Shown in pieces: positions 20,807 through 33,842 of a stretch of DNA of 64,000 bases. This stretch comes from Massalongia carnosa. Taxonomy: Eukaryota. The notes beneath the pieces were generated by a model. It was not told the DNA's origin, ran no database searches, and worked only from the letters and a program-made list of their open reading frames with translations. Position 1 is the stretch's first letter; every line of letters starts with the position of its first letter. A program made the position numbers and the translations under genes. Location of the stretch: contig OZ287087.1 in assembly GCA_965645245.1 (NCBI GenBank), forward strand, positions 868,001 to 932,000. Reading direction: 5' to 3'.

Positions 20807-23800
20807 TGCCCTCAAACGTAAGTGCCCTGAAACGTAAGTGAAAGAGTTAGGTTATGGAAGGAAAAACGGGGTGGGCTCGGTCTCCGCAAATGATTCGCTC
20901 TCAGCGTTTCCAATTCGGGCTCTCATTGGTCATTAATGCGGACACTAGGAATTTTGTCGCTCCGAAAGTCATTACTCTAACCCAAACGGTCCATCTAGGG
21001 CAACCGTACACAGTAGATGGAACGTTCCTTTCGTGTTACGGTGGTCACAAGGGCTTCATAGATGGATGGAATAATTGCTAACAGCCTTTAGTCTAACCTC
21101 AATGGTTCATCTAGGGCAACCGTAGATGAAAGGTTCGGTATGGTTGAATGAACCTTCACGTGTCTTATTTTGATATTATGGCTATCTGCTGATAGATGTA
21201 ACCCACTTTTCCTTACTCAACCGACTTTGAATAAGCGTTGTGCTGCCTTTGTAACTTCTTTCTGATGTTTGTAAAGGGGCAACGATCGTTTTCGAGTTTG
21301 ATTCTTTCGCATATAGCTTGTATAAAATGGCCAATTCTTTTAATCCTTCTGTGCCAAAGCGTCTGATTGATGCTTCTCCTACACGTACTCGGAAACGAGG
21401 GAGACCCTCACATACGTCGCTATTAGCGACCTCTTTTCGCCGAATACTACCACGACCGTCTGGATCAAATGAGAGGAGGCCAGAGCACCGCCCTTGTTCT
21501 ACATCTCGATCCGTTCTTCAGCCTACGGCCCACAACGGCCTTCTTGACTTCAATCCTAGAGAAGTATTGATTAATGATTTCAATAAAAGGAAAGCCGCCG
21601 CTTCGTCCTTTCCTCCTGTTCTCACCGGTATCTCTACTCGCGAAGCTGTCAGGCGTTTCCAGACTCATGTAGAGACTGTCGTGGCCGATACTACGAATGT
21701 TTGCGCTTCTTGTGGACAGTTCATATCTCATGCTTTCGTTAACATGCTGCACAACACAGATCTTGTATTTAGAAAGGCTGTGTTATCAAAGACAATCGTG
21801 GAAGCTGACCTTGATTGTTGTGGATTGAAGGATGACAAGTTTTACTTCTGCAAAGCCTGTTTCGGAATGCTTTTGCAATCGAAAATCCCAAAATTTGGAT
21901 CCGTCAATGCTGTCAGCATGTCAGCTTGTCAAAGTTATCCCATAATTCTTAAAGACCTGACGTCGGTAGAGGAAGCCGTCATTGCTCGAGCTCATCCTGT
22001 GATTTCGATAATGAAGTTAAGACCTAGTGGAGCCAGCCGTTTCATCTCCTATCAACGAATACGCGGTCATGCCGTAGTACTTCCCCAAAATCCTGGGCCG
22101 TTACTCGATATTTTGCCGTCGAGCTCCTTAGTGTTGCATGATGTGATCCGAATAGTGTGGGCTAGCAAAAGGCCTCATACCGTTGAAGATATTCGCCCCT
22201 TTGCTCGCATTAGAAGAGACAAAGTTTTACAAGCCTTGCTCTGGCTTAAAGACAACAATCCACTATACAAAAACATTGTCATCAACTACGGCTTGTTAGA
22301 AAACTGGGAAGACGAATTCGTTCCAGCCGGTATTGCTGATCGTGTGTTACAGTGTGGATCAGATTTTGCGGAAAGAGAAGGGTACACTATGAATCTTGAA
22401 AGTGACAACTACGAAAACGACCTGCATCATGCCGTCGAAGACGCTGGATTGAATGATTCGGGTATATTAAGTGGATGTTTATACACAGACGCTGACGATA
22501 CTCGAGAACATCCAACAATGAAATTAGTGGCAGCAATTACGAATCATAAGCGCGCTGAGGATTCGATTAGTGCGTCTGATTCACCAATCCTTACTTACGA
22601 AAGCAAAGGCCATCCGGTTCCCTTGAATGACTGAGATAATCCAGACTTCTTTACAGCTGCCTTTCCAACGCTTTTTCCCTTTGCCGTCGGTGGTCATATC
22701 ATCAAGAAGAATGAATCTAGACAGACAAGGGTGTCGCTTCAGGCTTGGGCAAAATGGGCCCTATCTCATCATTCGAGACGGTACGCTAATCTACATTTCT
22801 ATGGAATTTGGCTGATGCATTTAGATTTGCCCGTCATCCTGCATTTATGTTTCTTGTGTACGATGTGATCAATCGACGTCAGGCATCATTAGGATATTCT
22901 CTACTCACCAAGACGAGACAATGGGAGGAAACACATGCTTTAGTGGATGCTATCACGTTCTCACAGCTTGAAGCTGCGGCTATAGAGATTAAAAAAACCG
23001 GGAAATGTACCGATTCGACCATTATTAAATTGGAGCGTCAGGTTCAGGTAGTGGCCGTCACGACACCACACTCCTTCGCTAAATGCGCGAATCAAGCAAT
23101 TCATATGAAAGCATTAATGCTGAGCGATGGAATGCCTGTTTTGTGGATTACGATTAATCCATCTGATCTTCGCAGTGTTTTAGTATTGGTTCTTGCTGGC
23201 ATGCGATACGAGGACAGTAGTAAAGACAATTCTGCAGAAGAATTTGCAAGAACTACAGCAATAATGAATCCAGTAGCAGTGGCTCAATTTTTTGCGGCTA
23301 CTTGCAGAAGTATTTTTGAGCATTTATTGGCCGCAGGTTCTGAAGACGGAGGTCTTTTTGGGCCTGTATCAACATATTTTGGTACTGTGGAGACAAACGG
23401 CCGAGGAATGTTGCATTTGCATTGCCTCGTATGGCTTCGCGGTGTTTTTCACATATCAAAGCTACGCAATCAATTGCGTTCCGATCCTGCATACACAACT
23501 CGCATGATACAGTTTATCGATCGTATAATTAAATGTTCCATTGTTCCTTCAGGAAGATCGGATGTCCCAAAGCTGAACGCTCCATTAGCCTCTCTAAATG
23601 AGACTGATCAGGAATTCGCCCAAAAACTGGAGGATGATAGCAATGCCGTTGCCTCCAAGTTTCAATTGCATTCGTCGTCTCACAATGCAACGTGCTTTAA
23701 ATATGGAGCCGCTGCCACCGGCCAATGTCGATTTGACTTCCCGCGACCTTGTAACGATCAAACGAAAATGACGGAACAAGGCAATATCGAAGTGTTTAGA

Positions 23801-26800
23801 AACGGTGTCTGGATCAATCCTTGGTGTCCAGCCTTTGCCTCCCTTATCAGGTCAAATCACGATATCAACTTCATTCCTTCGAATGTTAAAGCCTTGGCCC
23901 TCGTACGCTATATAACTAACTACGCTACTAAGGGGAACTGCAGTCAATATCAACGGGTTATGGGGGCAGCATTTATTCGCAAAGCCTTTGAAGATGCAGC
24001 AGATAAACGTGTCGCGGCTGGTCATCCAGAACAAATACGGATCGTAGATGTTGACAAATTCGCTCTTCGGGCCTTTAATCGGCTCGCATATGATCGAGAA
24101 ATTAGTGGCCCTCTTGCTGCTAGTTCTCTGTTAGATTTGCCCGAATATTTTACCCCGTGCCGGAATATAAAAAGACTCAATCTGTTTGCTCTTCGTCAGA
24201 GATTTCCAAAATTGCTCTTTGCAGACATGTTTGAGTCGGATCCTATTGACAGTTTTGTACGTTTTTGTCCATTCAAAGAATTGTCAGTTAGCATGTTTGA
24301 TCATTATCAATGGAAGGGATCAGAGCTTGCTCAGTATTCGCTATACGATTATTTCAAACTTATCACAATTGTCAGTGATCGCAATAGGGTCGACGACGAT
24401 ATTCCTTTCGGCAGCGGTCATCCACATCAACAATGTGGTGCGCAGCGTCCTTTAAAAGTATCTTCATGCAGCACTTTGGTGGCTCTGATAGGGTCATTGT
24501 CAACAAACGAGGCCGCTGAAGACGCTATACAGGGAGGCCATCCAGATACAGATGCAAGACAGAATGATCTGGGTTTGATTTTACTCGGTCTATTTGTTCC
24601 CTGGGATCAACTATCGAGGAAATTTCATGCTCATAATGCTACCATATCGTCCTTTCTCAATTTTACCTGGCAAATTTGGTTGGAGGCTACGGAAACTCTT
24701 GACGAATATGCGTTATATTGCGCTGACAATATTTTACAGATGAGAAAGAGTCAAATAGAATCGAAATTAGATCAAGAACAGCGACGTGCTGCCAAGAATC
24801 AGGCCATGGAGATGTCAGTTCGAGAATTATTAGAAGAAAATGAAACCGGCCAGGCCGATGAAGCAGAAGAATCAGAAATCGACGAATATCTAGGCCTCCC
24901 AAACGCTCATACACTTTTGAATGTTGTAGATATAACTCGTCATCGATGGAGAGAAATGGATGCTGCAAACAGTCGCGGGGTTTCGGTTTTGTCTCATATG
25001 CAGCACTCTTTGCAAAGAGCTGACGATGAGGGTACTTCTCAAAGCGATTTACGATATGATCTGAACCCATCTGGAGCGGAAACAAATATTTGCTCCTATC
25101 TTGACGTCAGTACCAATTTCAGCCAAATCACAACTGATTTATGGAAGAAGGTGCAAAATTTGGCCAACGCTCAACAGGGTGAATACGATGCTGAAGACAG
25201 AACAAATGACTTTAGCGATCATATCGAGGCCTCTATACACCGTACATCTGCTTTAGGGGAATTGGAGCCTGTAATAAATCATATTTCATCATAACCGATC
25301 GTCATGGATCTCAACTGCGGAGTCTTACTGCCTGATAGTGATTGCAATACGGTTTCAGATCATATACACACTGTTTTGCCTTTGAATTACTTACAGCGAT
25401 TGGTTGTCGAGGAGATTCTTGATCATGTCATACAACCAAGGGAAAGGCATGCCTCAGAAGAGAAGATCAGTTGTTATTGTACATCAGAGGTGAAGGAGGT
25501 GTGGGGAAAAGTCGAGTCGTGAAAGCTCTAGAGTTGGGCTTTGCTTTACTAAATAGACGAGCGGAGTTAATAATTACAGCACCAACTGGATGTGCGGCCG
25601 AGAGTATTGGGGGGAGCACCGTATACACAGCGTTGAAGATTAACACTCGACGTGCAAATGATAATGTATCCAAAATAAGTTCATCATGGACTCGGCGATC
25701 AGCCCTCGTCGTTGATGAAGTGAGTATGATTGATATCAAACTACTCACTGCGATGGATAAGCAATTGCGAAAGGCTAGAGGTTCGGATTTTTCTTCCACC
25801 GCTCTCTTCGGAGGTCTACCTCTTGTAGTCCTTATGGGGGACTTTTATCAATTCGCCCTGGTGAGTGGACATGCTCTTTGGGATGAAGCTGTAGGTGAAG
25901 ATGAGATACACGGGAAAACGTTATGGAATAATTTCACATACGTCATAACTCTCACAGAGCAGATGTGTCAAAAAAACGATTCATTATTCCAAGCATTGCT
26001 CAAACGAGCAAGGAATGGAGAACTCAATCTTGAAGACGTAGACACTCTGAACGATCGAGTCGCAACAAATCTTCCGATCTCGCAGTCAATGGACAGCGTC
26101 GTTGTTGTGCAAAAAAACAAGACGAGACATCTAGTGAATCGATTGCAGATCGAGAGATTCGCTCGATCTCAAAATCAAGACATACTTCTCTTTCCTGCCG
26201 AGCATTTCCGGACCAAAAAAGATGGTGGTAGAATCGTTGAACACGAAGATCTTTTCAACGCACAGGATGGGGAAGGCAATTGCACAGGACCAGGCTTGTT
26301 ATTTACTGCAAAGGCATGCCCGCTGGATTGTTAGCCAATCAATGCACACCGTTAGGAATAGTTAACGGGGCCAGAGTTGTGGTTTATGGCTTTGTACCCT
26401 ATCCTGATAGTACGCTTCTTCTCTATTATCAAGAATCTCGCTGCCGTCGTCTAGCGACCTTTCAAAGACTGGACATTCATACTGTTCTGTGTTCCCATCC
26501 GCCACGCTGTGTTTTACTTCAAAGGCGTACTCGCCTACAAAAGTCTTTTCCTGAACTCCCTGATGATGTTTTTCCAACGTTAAAGTTACCTGGCTTGAAA
26601 GTTACTAGAAATCAAATTCCGCTTACCCCTGGATTTGCTGTCACAGATTACAAGGTACAAGGAGCTACATTTAAAACTGCGGTCTTAGATCTACGCCGAG
26701 GGCAAAAGGTTAGAAAGGAATCTCACAAAAGATTTTGCTCTACCTATGTACAGCTGTCTCGCCTTCAATCTTTAGATGGTGTGCAATTGCTGGAGAGAAT

Positions 26801-27108
26801 AGAGCTGAGCTTTATCAACCAAAAACCACACATAAATCTTCAACAGGCGAGAAAAGAACTTGACATCTTTTCCGATAACACCTTGAGTTCTTGGACTCTT
26901 CGGTTTAATGCGAGACGCCAGAATGCTTGGTTTACTCCCAGGGTCAATTGAAGGTTGAAGGTTTATAGATCTATCAACGAAAATAGCATCTACGATTGCC
27001 CTAGTTGAATCATTGAGATTAGGCTAAAGACTTATCGCATTGAGCTGAGGGTGTGATTCATTAATTAACAATTATTCCTTTCAGCCCGCCACATGAAAGT
27101 TCCATCTA
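20807..27108 (+). mobile_element. Helitron-like element, approximate extent
   Basis: The 5' region is repeated at 28355-28970 and partly inverted at 26960-27108; true termini not identified. Confidence 0.6.
21327..26951 (+). pseudogene. Helitron-like RepHel (Cys-rich/DUF6570-like N-terminus, HUH Rep, PIF1 helicase)
   Basis: WITINPSD, YFGTVETNGRGMLHLHCLVW, YITNYATK (Rep); GEGGVGKS, VDEVSM, GDFYQ, KVQGAT, YVQLSR (PIF1). Stops at 22632 and 25292, frameshifts near 25455 and 26300, GTACGC-AG introns near 22780 and 26410. Confidence 0.9.
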
Positions 27109-27620
27109 ATCGTACCAAAACACTAAACCCCAACCGAGTCAGGGTCTAGTGCCCTCACCCTACTAACGCATTCAGCCTACTGACGCACTTTTCCTATTTT
27201 TACTACTATTTCTACCACGTCGTTCATCCACCACAATCATGACTAATTCATATTCTAATAAGGAGGATCGAGTTTTTGACGCTATAAACGCGGGAAACAC
27301 GATTGAATTTCGAAGTATACGCGCAGCAGCCATTGATTTTGACGTGAACATTTATACTCTTCAAAGACGACTCCCTGAAGGATACTCGCGCATTGATCGA
27401 TCCCCCCCCAACAAGACGTTATCTGATGAACAGGAACTGGCTCTTTGTGATTATATTCGAATGCTCGATCAAGCCGAACAATCAGCCAGATTTCCAATGA
27501 TTCGTGAAGTTGCCAATAATCTACTTCGAGAAGTTTATTTAGACGCCTCCACCCTTCCTCACGTCAGCAATTCTTGTACCAAACGTTTCCTCAATCGCAA
27601 TCCTCAGTTCTTCAAACAGC
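27109..27620 (+). mobile_element. 5' fragment of pogo/Fot1-like transposon (left TIR and HTH region)
   Basis: TA followed by ATCGTACCAAAACACTAAACCCCAACCG, matching the TIRs of 35226-37406; SIRAAAIDFDV..TLQRRL and LSDEQELALCDYI. Confidence 0.85.
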
Positions 27621-27768
27621 TCATTGAATGGTGTCCTTCGAAACCTAAGGTTTAGCATAATCCTCCACGCTATCAAGGACCTTTCATGTCATACTCCGTT
27701 AAAATAAGTAAAAATCTGTTGAGGTACACACAGAGATAAAGCGATTAGGAGATAGCATTAACTTAGTA

Positions 27769-28216
27769 TGTCATGAAATCGAACCAACCCGATCCAGAAT
27801 CAATCCCGCAGATGAATCTGACTAAGCTCCCGTTCCTCTATTCAGCTTAGTCAGAATCTCATTAACTAAATCGAGTTTAGACCCCTCTCAACGGCTTCAG
27901 GTCAAACCTGTACCATCACCATCAAAGCGTACCAACGACAGGAGAACCTCATCTACACCTTTTATCGTCAAACACCTCGTCAAACCTTCGTGCCGTACGT
28001 CTCCTAATAGGGGGAGATGAACACTGATCGAATCTTCATGCAAAGGGGTTCGAGACAAATATAAAAGGAAGGACAAGTTAATTAGATTGTTGACTCCTTG
28101 TCCGACGTCTTGTATAGCAATCCATCACCTAGCTATAGCCTTATTAATAAAGACATCTTGATCACCCAATCCAATTCCTAGGAACATTAGTTCAATCCCC
28201 TGCCCAGTCCTTGACA
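27769..28216 (+). repeat. Solo Gypsy-type LTR (448 bp)
   Basis: TGTCA...TGACA, perfect TSD TAGTA; near-identical inverted copy at 51297-51744. Confidence 0.9.
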
Positions 28217-28354
28217 TAGTAGCTTATCAAGTAAATAAAGCATTTCGTTTTCGTTATCGGTCGTCATGACTCGTTTAGGACTAGCGTAGCAGTATATAGA
28301 CGAGCTCAGCTCAGTTCAAATTAAACATACTTTTTACACCCCAACAAATTCAGA

Positions 28355-29230
28355 ATGCCCTGAAACGTCATGAAACGGTTATGGAAGGAAAAACAGGGTG
28401 GGCTCGGTCTCCGCAAATGATTAGCTCTTAGCGATTCTAATTCGGGCTCTCACTGGTCGGATTTTGGCAAATGATTGGCTTTCAGCATTTCCAATTCGGG
28501 CTCTCATTGGTAATTTATACGGACACTAGGATTTTTGTCGCTCCGAATGTCATTAGTCTTACCCAAACGGTCCATCTAGGGCCACCGTAGATGGAACGTT
28601 TTCTTTCGTATTATAGTAGTCACAAGGGCTTTATAGATAGGTAGAATAATTGCTAACAAGTTTTTATTCTAACCCCAATAGCTCATCTAGGGCAACCGTA
28701 GATGGAAGGTTCGGTATTGTTGAATGTACCTTCATGTATCTTATTTTGATATGATGGCTATCTGCTTATAGATATAACCCACTTTTCCTTACTCAACCGA
28801 CTTTGAAATTTAGATTTTCAATTTTAAGCATTGTGCTACCTTTGTAACTTCTTTCTGATATTTGTAAAGGGGCAAGGATTGTTCTTCGAGTTTGATTCTT
28901 TCGTATATAGCTTGTATAAAATGACCAATTCTTTTAATTATTCTGTGCCGAAGCGTCTGATTGATACTTCTTCTCGCGAGGCTAGAGTGGGTTAGCGCGA
29001 CACTCGGTAGAGATATTTCTAATGAGTCGCGCACAATACTTCTTTTCTTCTTTGTAGATAAATTTTGGTTTAATATCGGTTGATTAGAATCGACGACAGC
29101 TTTCTTACATTCGAGACGGTACGCTACTCGATATTTCTATAGAATTTGGCTGATGCATTTAGATTTGCCAGTTATTCTGCATTTATGTTTCTTTTGTACG
29201 ACGTGATCAATCGACGTCAGGCATCATCAT
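28355..29230 (+). mobile_element. Internally deleted copy of the Helitron-like element 5' region
   Basis: 28355-28970 aligns with 20807-21380; 29108-29227 aligns with 22768-22888, including the intron. Confidence 0.8.
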
Positions 29231-30272
29231 CATCATCATTTTAAGTAGAAAATGAAAGGATTTAACGTGGTAGGCTCGGCCTCCGCAAACGATTGGCTCT
29301 TAGTGGTTTGAAATAATTGATTCTCGATCCTCCAGGTCTGTGCTTGCCCTGAAACGTATAGTAAAAGGGTTATGAAAGGAAGAAACGGGATAGGCTCTGT
29401 CACCGCAAACGATTGGCTCTCAGCGTTTTGAAATAATTAACTCTTAATCCTCCGGTTCTGTGCTTTCATTAATTGTATTTTCGTAAATGATTGGCTCTTA
29501 GCGTTTTCAATTCGGGCTTTCATTGGTCGAATTTTGGCAAATAATTGGCTCTCAGCATTTCGGATTTGGGCTCTCATTGTCACGGTTTAACCACATTCAC
29601 CCAAGGCTAATCAAAAGAAAGTACGGCATCTGCCGGCGTACTAACCGCTTCCCTTACTCAAACCTTTTAGCAATCATAGGGGCAATCAACGGAGGTCTGA
29701 AAGGACCGCATCGGAACGATCTTCTAAAGCAAACACAAATAGTAAAAGGAACAAAGGGCAGAAAGACTATTTGACTAAACTGTTCACTTATTGATAGAGA
29801 AACGAGCAGCTGGATCGGGCCAAGCGATTATCTCTATAGAATCCTAGAGAGATCATCTATTGCTTGTTTCCTTTCTGCATCTTTGATATATCTAGTGCAT
29901 AGCTTCTCAGTAGATAGTCAATTCCATATCCTGGTTAAACCGCCACACTCATTGGTCATTAATGCGGGCACTATGAAGTTTGTCGTTTCGAAGCCGACGC
30001 TGTACTGAGGTTGACATAGAAAGTCCTTGGATGCGCTTATAATGACACTAAGGATTTAGCGCAGCGCTACTGCCCCTTTTCTTATTTGATTCATCGTCTC
30101 TATTCTCTATATCAATCTTATTTTCAAACGATGTAATGCATTAAAACCCAGACCTTCACATAAACTTATTATATCATCTATCTACATTACTGTTATCAAA
30201 TATAATGTTTTTACAATAACGAATGCGACGATTTTGATAGTATATAATCGAATCACACTATTGTCTTAAACC

Positions 30273-30814
30273 TGTCAGGGGACTGGATTGGATGGTCAAG
30301 CTTTCTAATTGACTGAGTCTATAGCTACAGCTAGGCTAGATTGGCTATTCAAGACGTCGGACAAGGAACCAGAACTTTCGAGACTCGACCCCTTCTTTTA
30401 TATCTGTTCCTCACCTCCTTACCCCTTTGTTTCCTTGATCTTCGATGTCTCATATTCATCTCCTTTTCCTAAGTTAATACGAAGACACCAAATGGGGACC
30501 GGGTAATTATGGTTTCGAAGATCGGAGGCGGAGCTGTACTCGATCTAACCGCATCGAGAAAGGTTAGAACAGGGCGCACTGACCAATGAACCTGTGTTAG
30601 GTCTAATGAACCTGCGGTGGGTCTAATGAACCTACGGTAGGTCTAATAAACCCGCGGTAGTTCCAATGAACCTGCGTTAGGTCCAATGAACCTAGGGTAG
30701 GTCCAATGATCCTGCGGTAGCTCCAATAAACCTGCGGTACGGTAGAGGGACAGGATAGAGGGGGCAACTACGGATAAGGCCGAGATCCTTTTGGTTCGAA
30801 GCCGTTTCATGATA
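30273..30814 (-). repeat. Solo Gypsy-type LTR (542 bp) related to the LTRs of the element at 56738-63418
   Basis: TSD AAACC on both sides; terminal TGACA mutated to TGATA; shares the GACGTCTTGAATAGCCAA block. Confidence 0.85.
30581..30740. repeat. 8 x 20-bp tandem repeat inside the solo LTR
   Basis: Units resemble GTCCAATGAACCTGCGGTAG with exact 20-bp period. Confidence 0.9.
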
Positions 30815-30889
30815 AAACCTCTCAATACTCATTTCCTCCATTCGAATCGATAACTTTCTCTATATTTCGTGAAATTCGTACTATCCAGT

Positions 30890-31040
30890 TACGCCGCGCA
30901 ACGGATCGGGTTTATCTATTGAAAACCCAACCCGTTTGTGGCATACCCTATGATTTTTAGTGTCCGAGTTGAGTTTTAAAAGAAAAACCCGGTGGCGAAA
31001 AAGCAATTCTGTGACGAAACTCGACCCGTTGCGCGGCGTA
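30890..31040. mobile_element. hAT-type MITE, short form (151 bp)
   Basis: TIR TACGCCGCGCAACGG, perfect 8-bp TSD TATCCAGT. Confidence 0.9.
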
Positions 31041-31303
31041 TATCCAGTGCTGAATCAGTTTTTGTTTCAGATATTTTGACCAACTGTAAAGGTAATTATT
31101 ATAATAAGGGTATGTAAAAGGATATCTAATAAAACATGAAAGTAAGCTCGTCTATATACTGCTAATCTGTTCTTGTCCAAATCTGGACCTGCTTCTATCA
31201 TGGAAGGACTAAAGAGTTACCCGGTTAAGCCGGGCTTATCACGGAGATAAGTAATTGTTAGAGTACGAAAGCATTCTATGTTATATTAACGTGATACCAA
31301 TAC

Positions 31304-31474
31304 TGTAACGGTTCGACCAAGCGTGGTGCGGACGGCAGGACCTACAGCGAACATAGCAGGAGTTCTAGTTATAGTAGAATAGAGCTTGGTCTGCGGACTA
31401 AGTATTGTGCCTTTTGGTCGGGAAGGACAGGTGGCGCAATGGTAGAAATCTATTCACTATCTCGCTTCGTCACA
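31304..31474 (+). repeat. 171-bp LTR, copy 1
   Basis: TGTAACG...CGTCACA; direct repeat of 32086-32256. Confidence 0.8.
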
Positions 31475-31516
31475 GAATACTTAGTCATCAATCGGTGTAC
31501 TAGTCATGAATTCGAT

Positions 31517-31906
31517 TGTCAGGACCTGCTATAGAGACTACGGAGAAGGATACGGAAAAGGGGCATCAGCATGGACTCGGCCGCCGAACCCGGCCCGACC
31601 CTAATGGGCTGATTCCGCTGTCGGCCACATGCCGTCTCAGGGGGACGGCTGGCGAGGGGGACGGCTAGAAACCCATGTCGGATGGCACTAACCGCCCAAA
31701 GGGGCCAAGAGCCATTTGGACCAATCAGATAGCTGGGGGCTATCCGATAAGGGAGTCTTAGGGGGAGACACGTCTGTAGAATAAAGAGGTCGATGCCCGC
31801 CTTATTCTAAGGGTATAGATCAATAACATACATTAATGATACACCCCATTCACGTGACCAACACGCCCTCTGAGTAGAAGCATACGTCTTACATCGATTC
31901 CTGACC
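31517..31906 (+). repeat. Probable LTR
   Basis: TGTCAGGA...TCCTGAC terminal inverted repeat; no TSD. Confidence 0.45.
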
Positions 31907-32085
31907 TGAGTTCCTCGCTTTTTCGCCTTGCTTTGACGGACAGAAGCTAGGACGAAACGGGAAAGCGTTGGATGAAAACTCTCTAAGTCGGATCGGCGAG
32001 GGCCGTACGCTAAGAAGAGCCCATTCTTCGGGGCTAACTATAATTGGAAGCGGCTAGGGGCTAGCCGCAGCTGGACGGGCGGTAG

Positions 32086-32256
32086 TGTAACGGTTCGAAC
32101 ATGCGTGGTGCGGACGGCAGGACCTATAGCGAACATAGCAAGAGTCACAGTTATAGTAGGATAGAGCTTGGTCTGCGGACTAAGTATTCTGCCTTTTGGT
32201 CGGGAAGGACAGGTGGCGCAATGGTAGAAATCTATTCACTATCTCGCTTCGTCACA
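32086..32256 (+). repeat. 171-bp LTR, copy 2
   Basis: Preceded by purine-rich GGACGGGCGGTAG (PPT-like). Confidence 0.8.
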
Positions 32257-32814
32257 CTAATCGAGGTTCATCATGCACATATTCTACCTTCAGTATTCGG
32301 GAAACAGTGGGATAATATCCTCGATCTCGTGCCTTGCGTTTCAGATAGCTGAGAGGCTAAATAGAGACACCGGTGACTGCTTGAACGACTTCGGCTGTTA
32401 TGCCATGTTCAATTAATGATAATGCTAGTAACTTTTAACCAATAGTAAGACTATTGTTCTAAGTTCGTGATGTCATGATTTGAAGCATGAAAAATTTTAC
32501 TTGATAATATTTGTTAAATAAAAGATACTGCATTAGTCAAATTGTATTGTTAGCGTTCTTTCTGCATGACGCTACAACAGCACTAATGCACGCTACCAAG
32601 GACTTTTCGTGTCAACCTCCGTACGGATAACAAGAAAAGTTCTCGAATACGCTAATGACATTAAGTTAACTTTATATTCGAATTTGCCGAGAAACCTGAA
32701 TATTAGCGATCGAGGTTCTTTTGCCTTCGGCTTACTAATTTCAAGATTAGGCGATTATATGCTATATGCGGAAAGCTTCAGATAATAGCACGACTTCGGT
32801 AACTAAGAAGAGGT

Positions 32815-33240
32815 TACGCCGCGCAACGGGTTGGGTTAAACCCGTCGGGTTACCCAACCCGTCGGGTTTGGGTCGGGTTTTTTATGCGGGTTACCGGGTT
32901 AAACCGTTCAACCCGGTCAGTTTTTTCTGCAAATTAAATATGAAAATTCGATGAAAATATTTCGTTTAAGCTAATAAATTGTTTGCTTACTAATCATCAT
33001 TTCTTGATGACTAATTTTCAGAATTCTCGGAATTTTCAAATGTATTTAAAACGTCTTAAAAACACGTTTAAAATTGACATAAAAAATCTACCGGGTCGAT
33101 CGGGTCAAACGGGTTTACCCGGGAACGGTTCCCCAACCCAGCGGGCTGAGCCCTACAAGATCCCCAACCCGGTAGCGGCTCTGGTTCGACTATTTCAAAC
33201 CCGACCCAACCCGACCCAACCCGACCCGTTGCGCGGCGTA
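32815..33240. mobile_element. hAT-type MITE, long form (426 bp)
   Basis: Same TIR, subterminal ACCCG repeats, degenerate TSD GAAGAGGT/GAGGAGGG. Confidence 0.85.
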
Positions 33241-33381
33241 GAGGAGGGAAAGATTTACAGCAAAAATGCTACATTTCGGAGGCAATTCAGCTGATAATAA
33301 TCACTAATTGTCTCGGTATCTTCGGTCAGCAATAAGGTATATCTTGCCAAGCTGAAATATTTCAAAGGAAGCAGGCTTATA

Positions 33382-33842
33382 TACGCCGCGCAACGGGTTG
33401 GGTTAAACCCGTCGGCTAACCCGACCCGTCGGGTTTGGTCGAGTTTTCTGGTCGAGTTAGACTCCCTCGAACCCAACCCGACGGGTTCAGGTTTTTTATG
33501 CGGGTTTCCGGGTTAAACCGTTCAACACGGTAAGTTTTTTTTGCAAATTAAATAAGAAAATTTAACGAAAATATAACGTTTAAAGTGATAAAATTTTTGC
33601 TTTCTAATCATCGTATCTTGATGACTAATTTTCAGAATTTTCAGAATTTTCAAATGTGTTTAAAACGTCTAAAAAGACGTTAAAAATTGAGATAAAAAAT
33701 CTACCGGGTCGAACGGGTCGAACAGGTTAACCCGTGAACGGTTCATCTACTACCGGGTTGAGCCCTACAGGTTCCCCATCCCAGTAGCGGGTCGGGTTCG
33801 ACTAGTCAAAACCCGACCCAACCCGACCCGTTGCGCGGCGGA
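33382..33842. mobile_element. hAT-type MITE, long form (461 bp)
   Basis: Same TIR; TSD GGCTTATA/GGTTTATG; collinear with 32815-33240. Confidence 0.85.

Larger units (their letters stand above)
30005..32621. mobile_element. Degenerate Tc1/mariner-superfamily TIR element hosting nested LTRs and a MITE
   Basis: TA-CTGAGGTTGACATAGAAAGTCCTTGG ... CCAAGGACTTTTCGTGTCAACCTCCG-TA. Confidence 0.65.

Noticed and set aside
29221..29239. (CAT)n run as a retroposition tail of the RepHel derivative
   Set aside because: The intron is retained, there is no TSD or 3' hairpin, and the source already has GCATCAT; slippage is the simpler explanation.
30581..30740. CRISPR-like periodic repeat
   Set aside because: Units are contiguous with no spacers, there are no cas genes, and the context is a eukaryotic LTR.
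28288..31165. 20-bp inverted match TAGCAGTATATAGACGAGCT (about 28288 and 31146) as TIRs
   Set aside because: Both look like TATA regions of decayed LTR remnants; no TSD or element-like termini.
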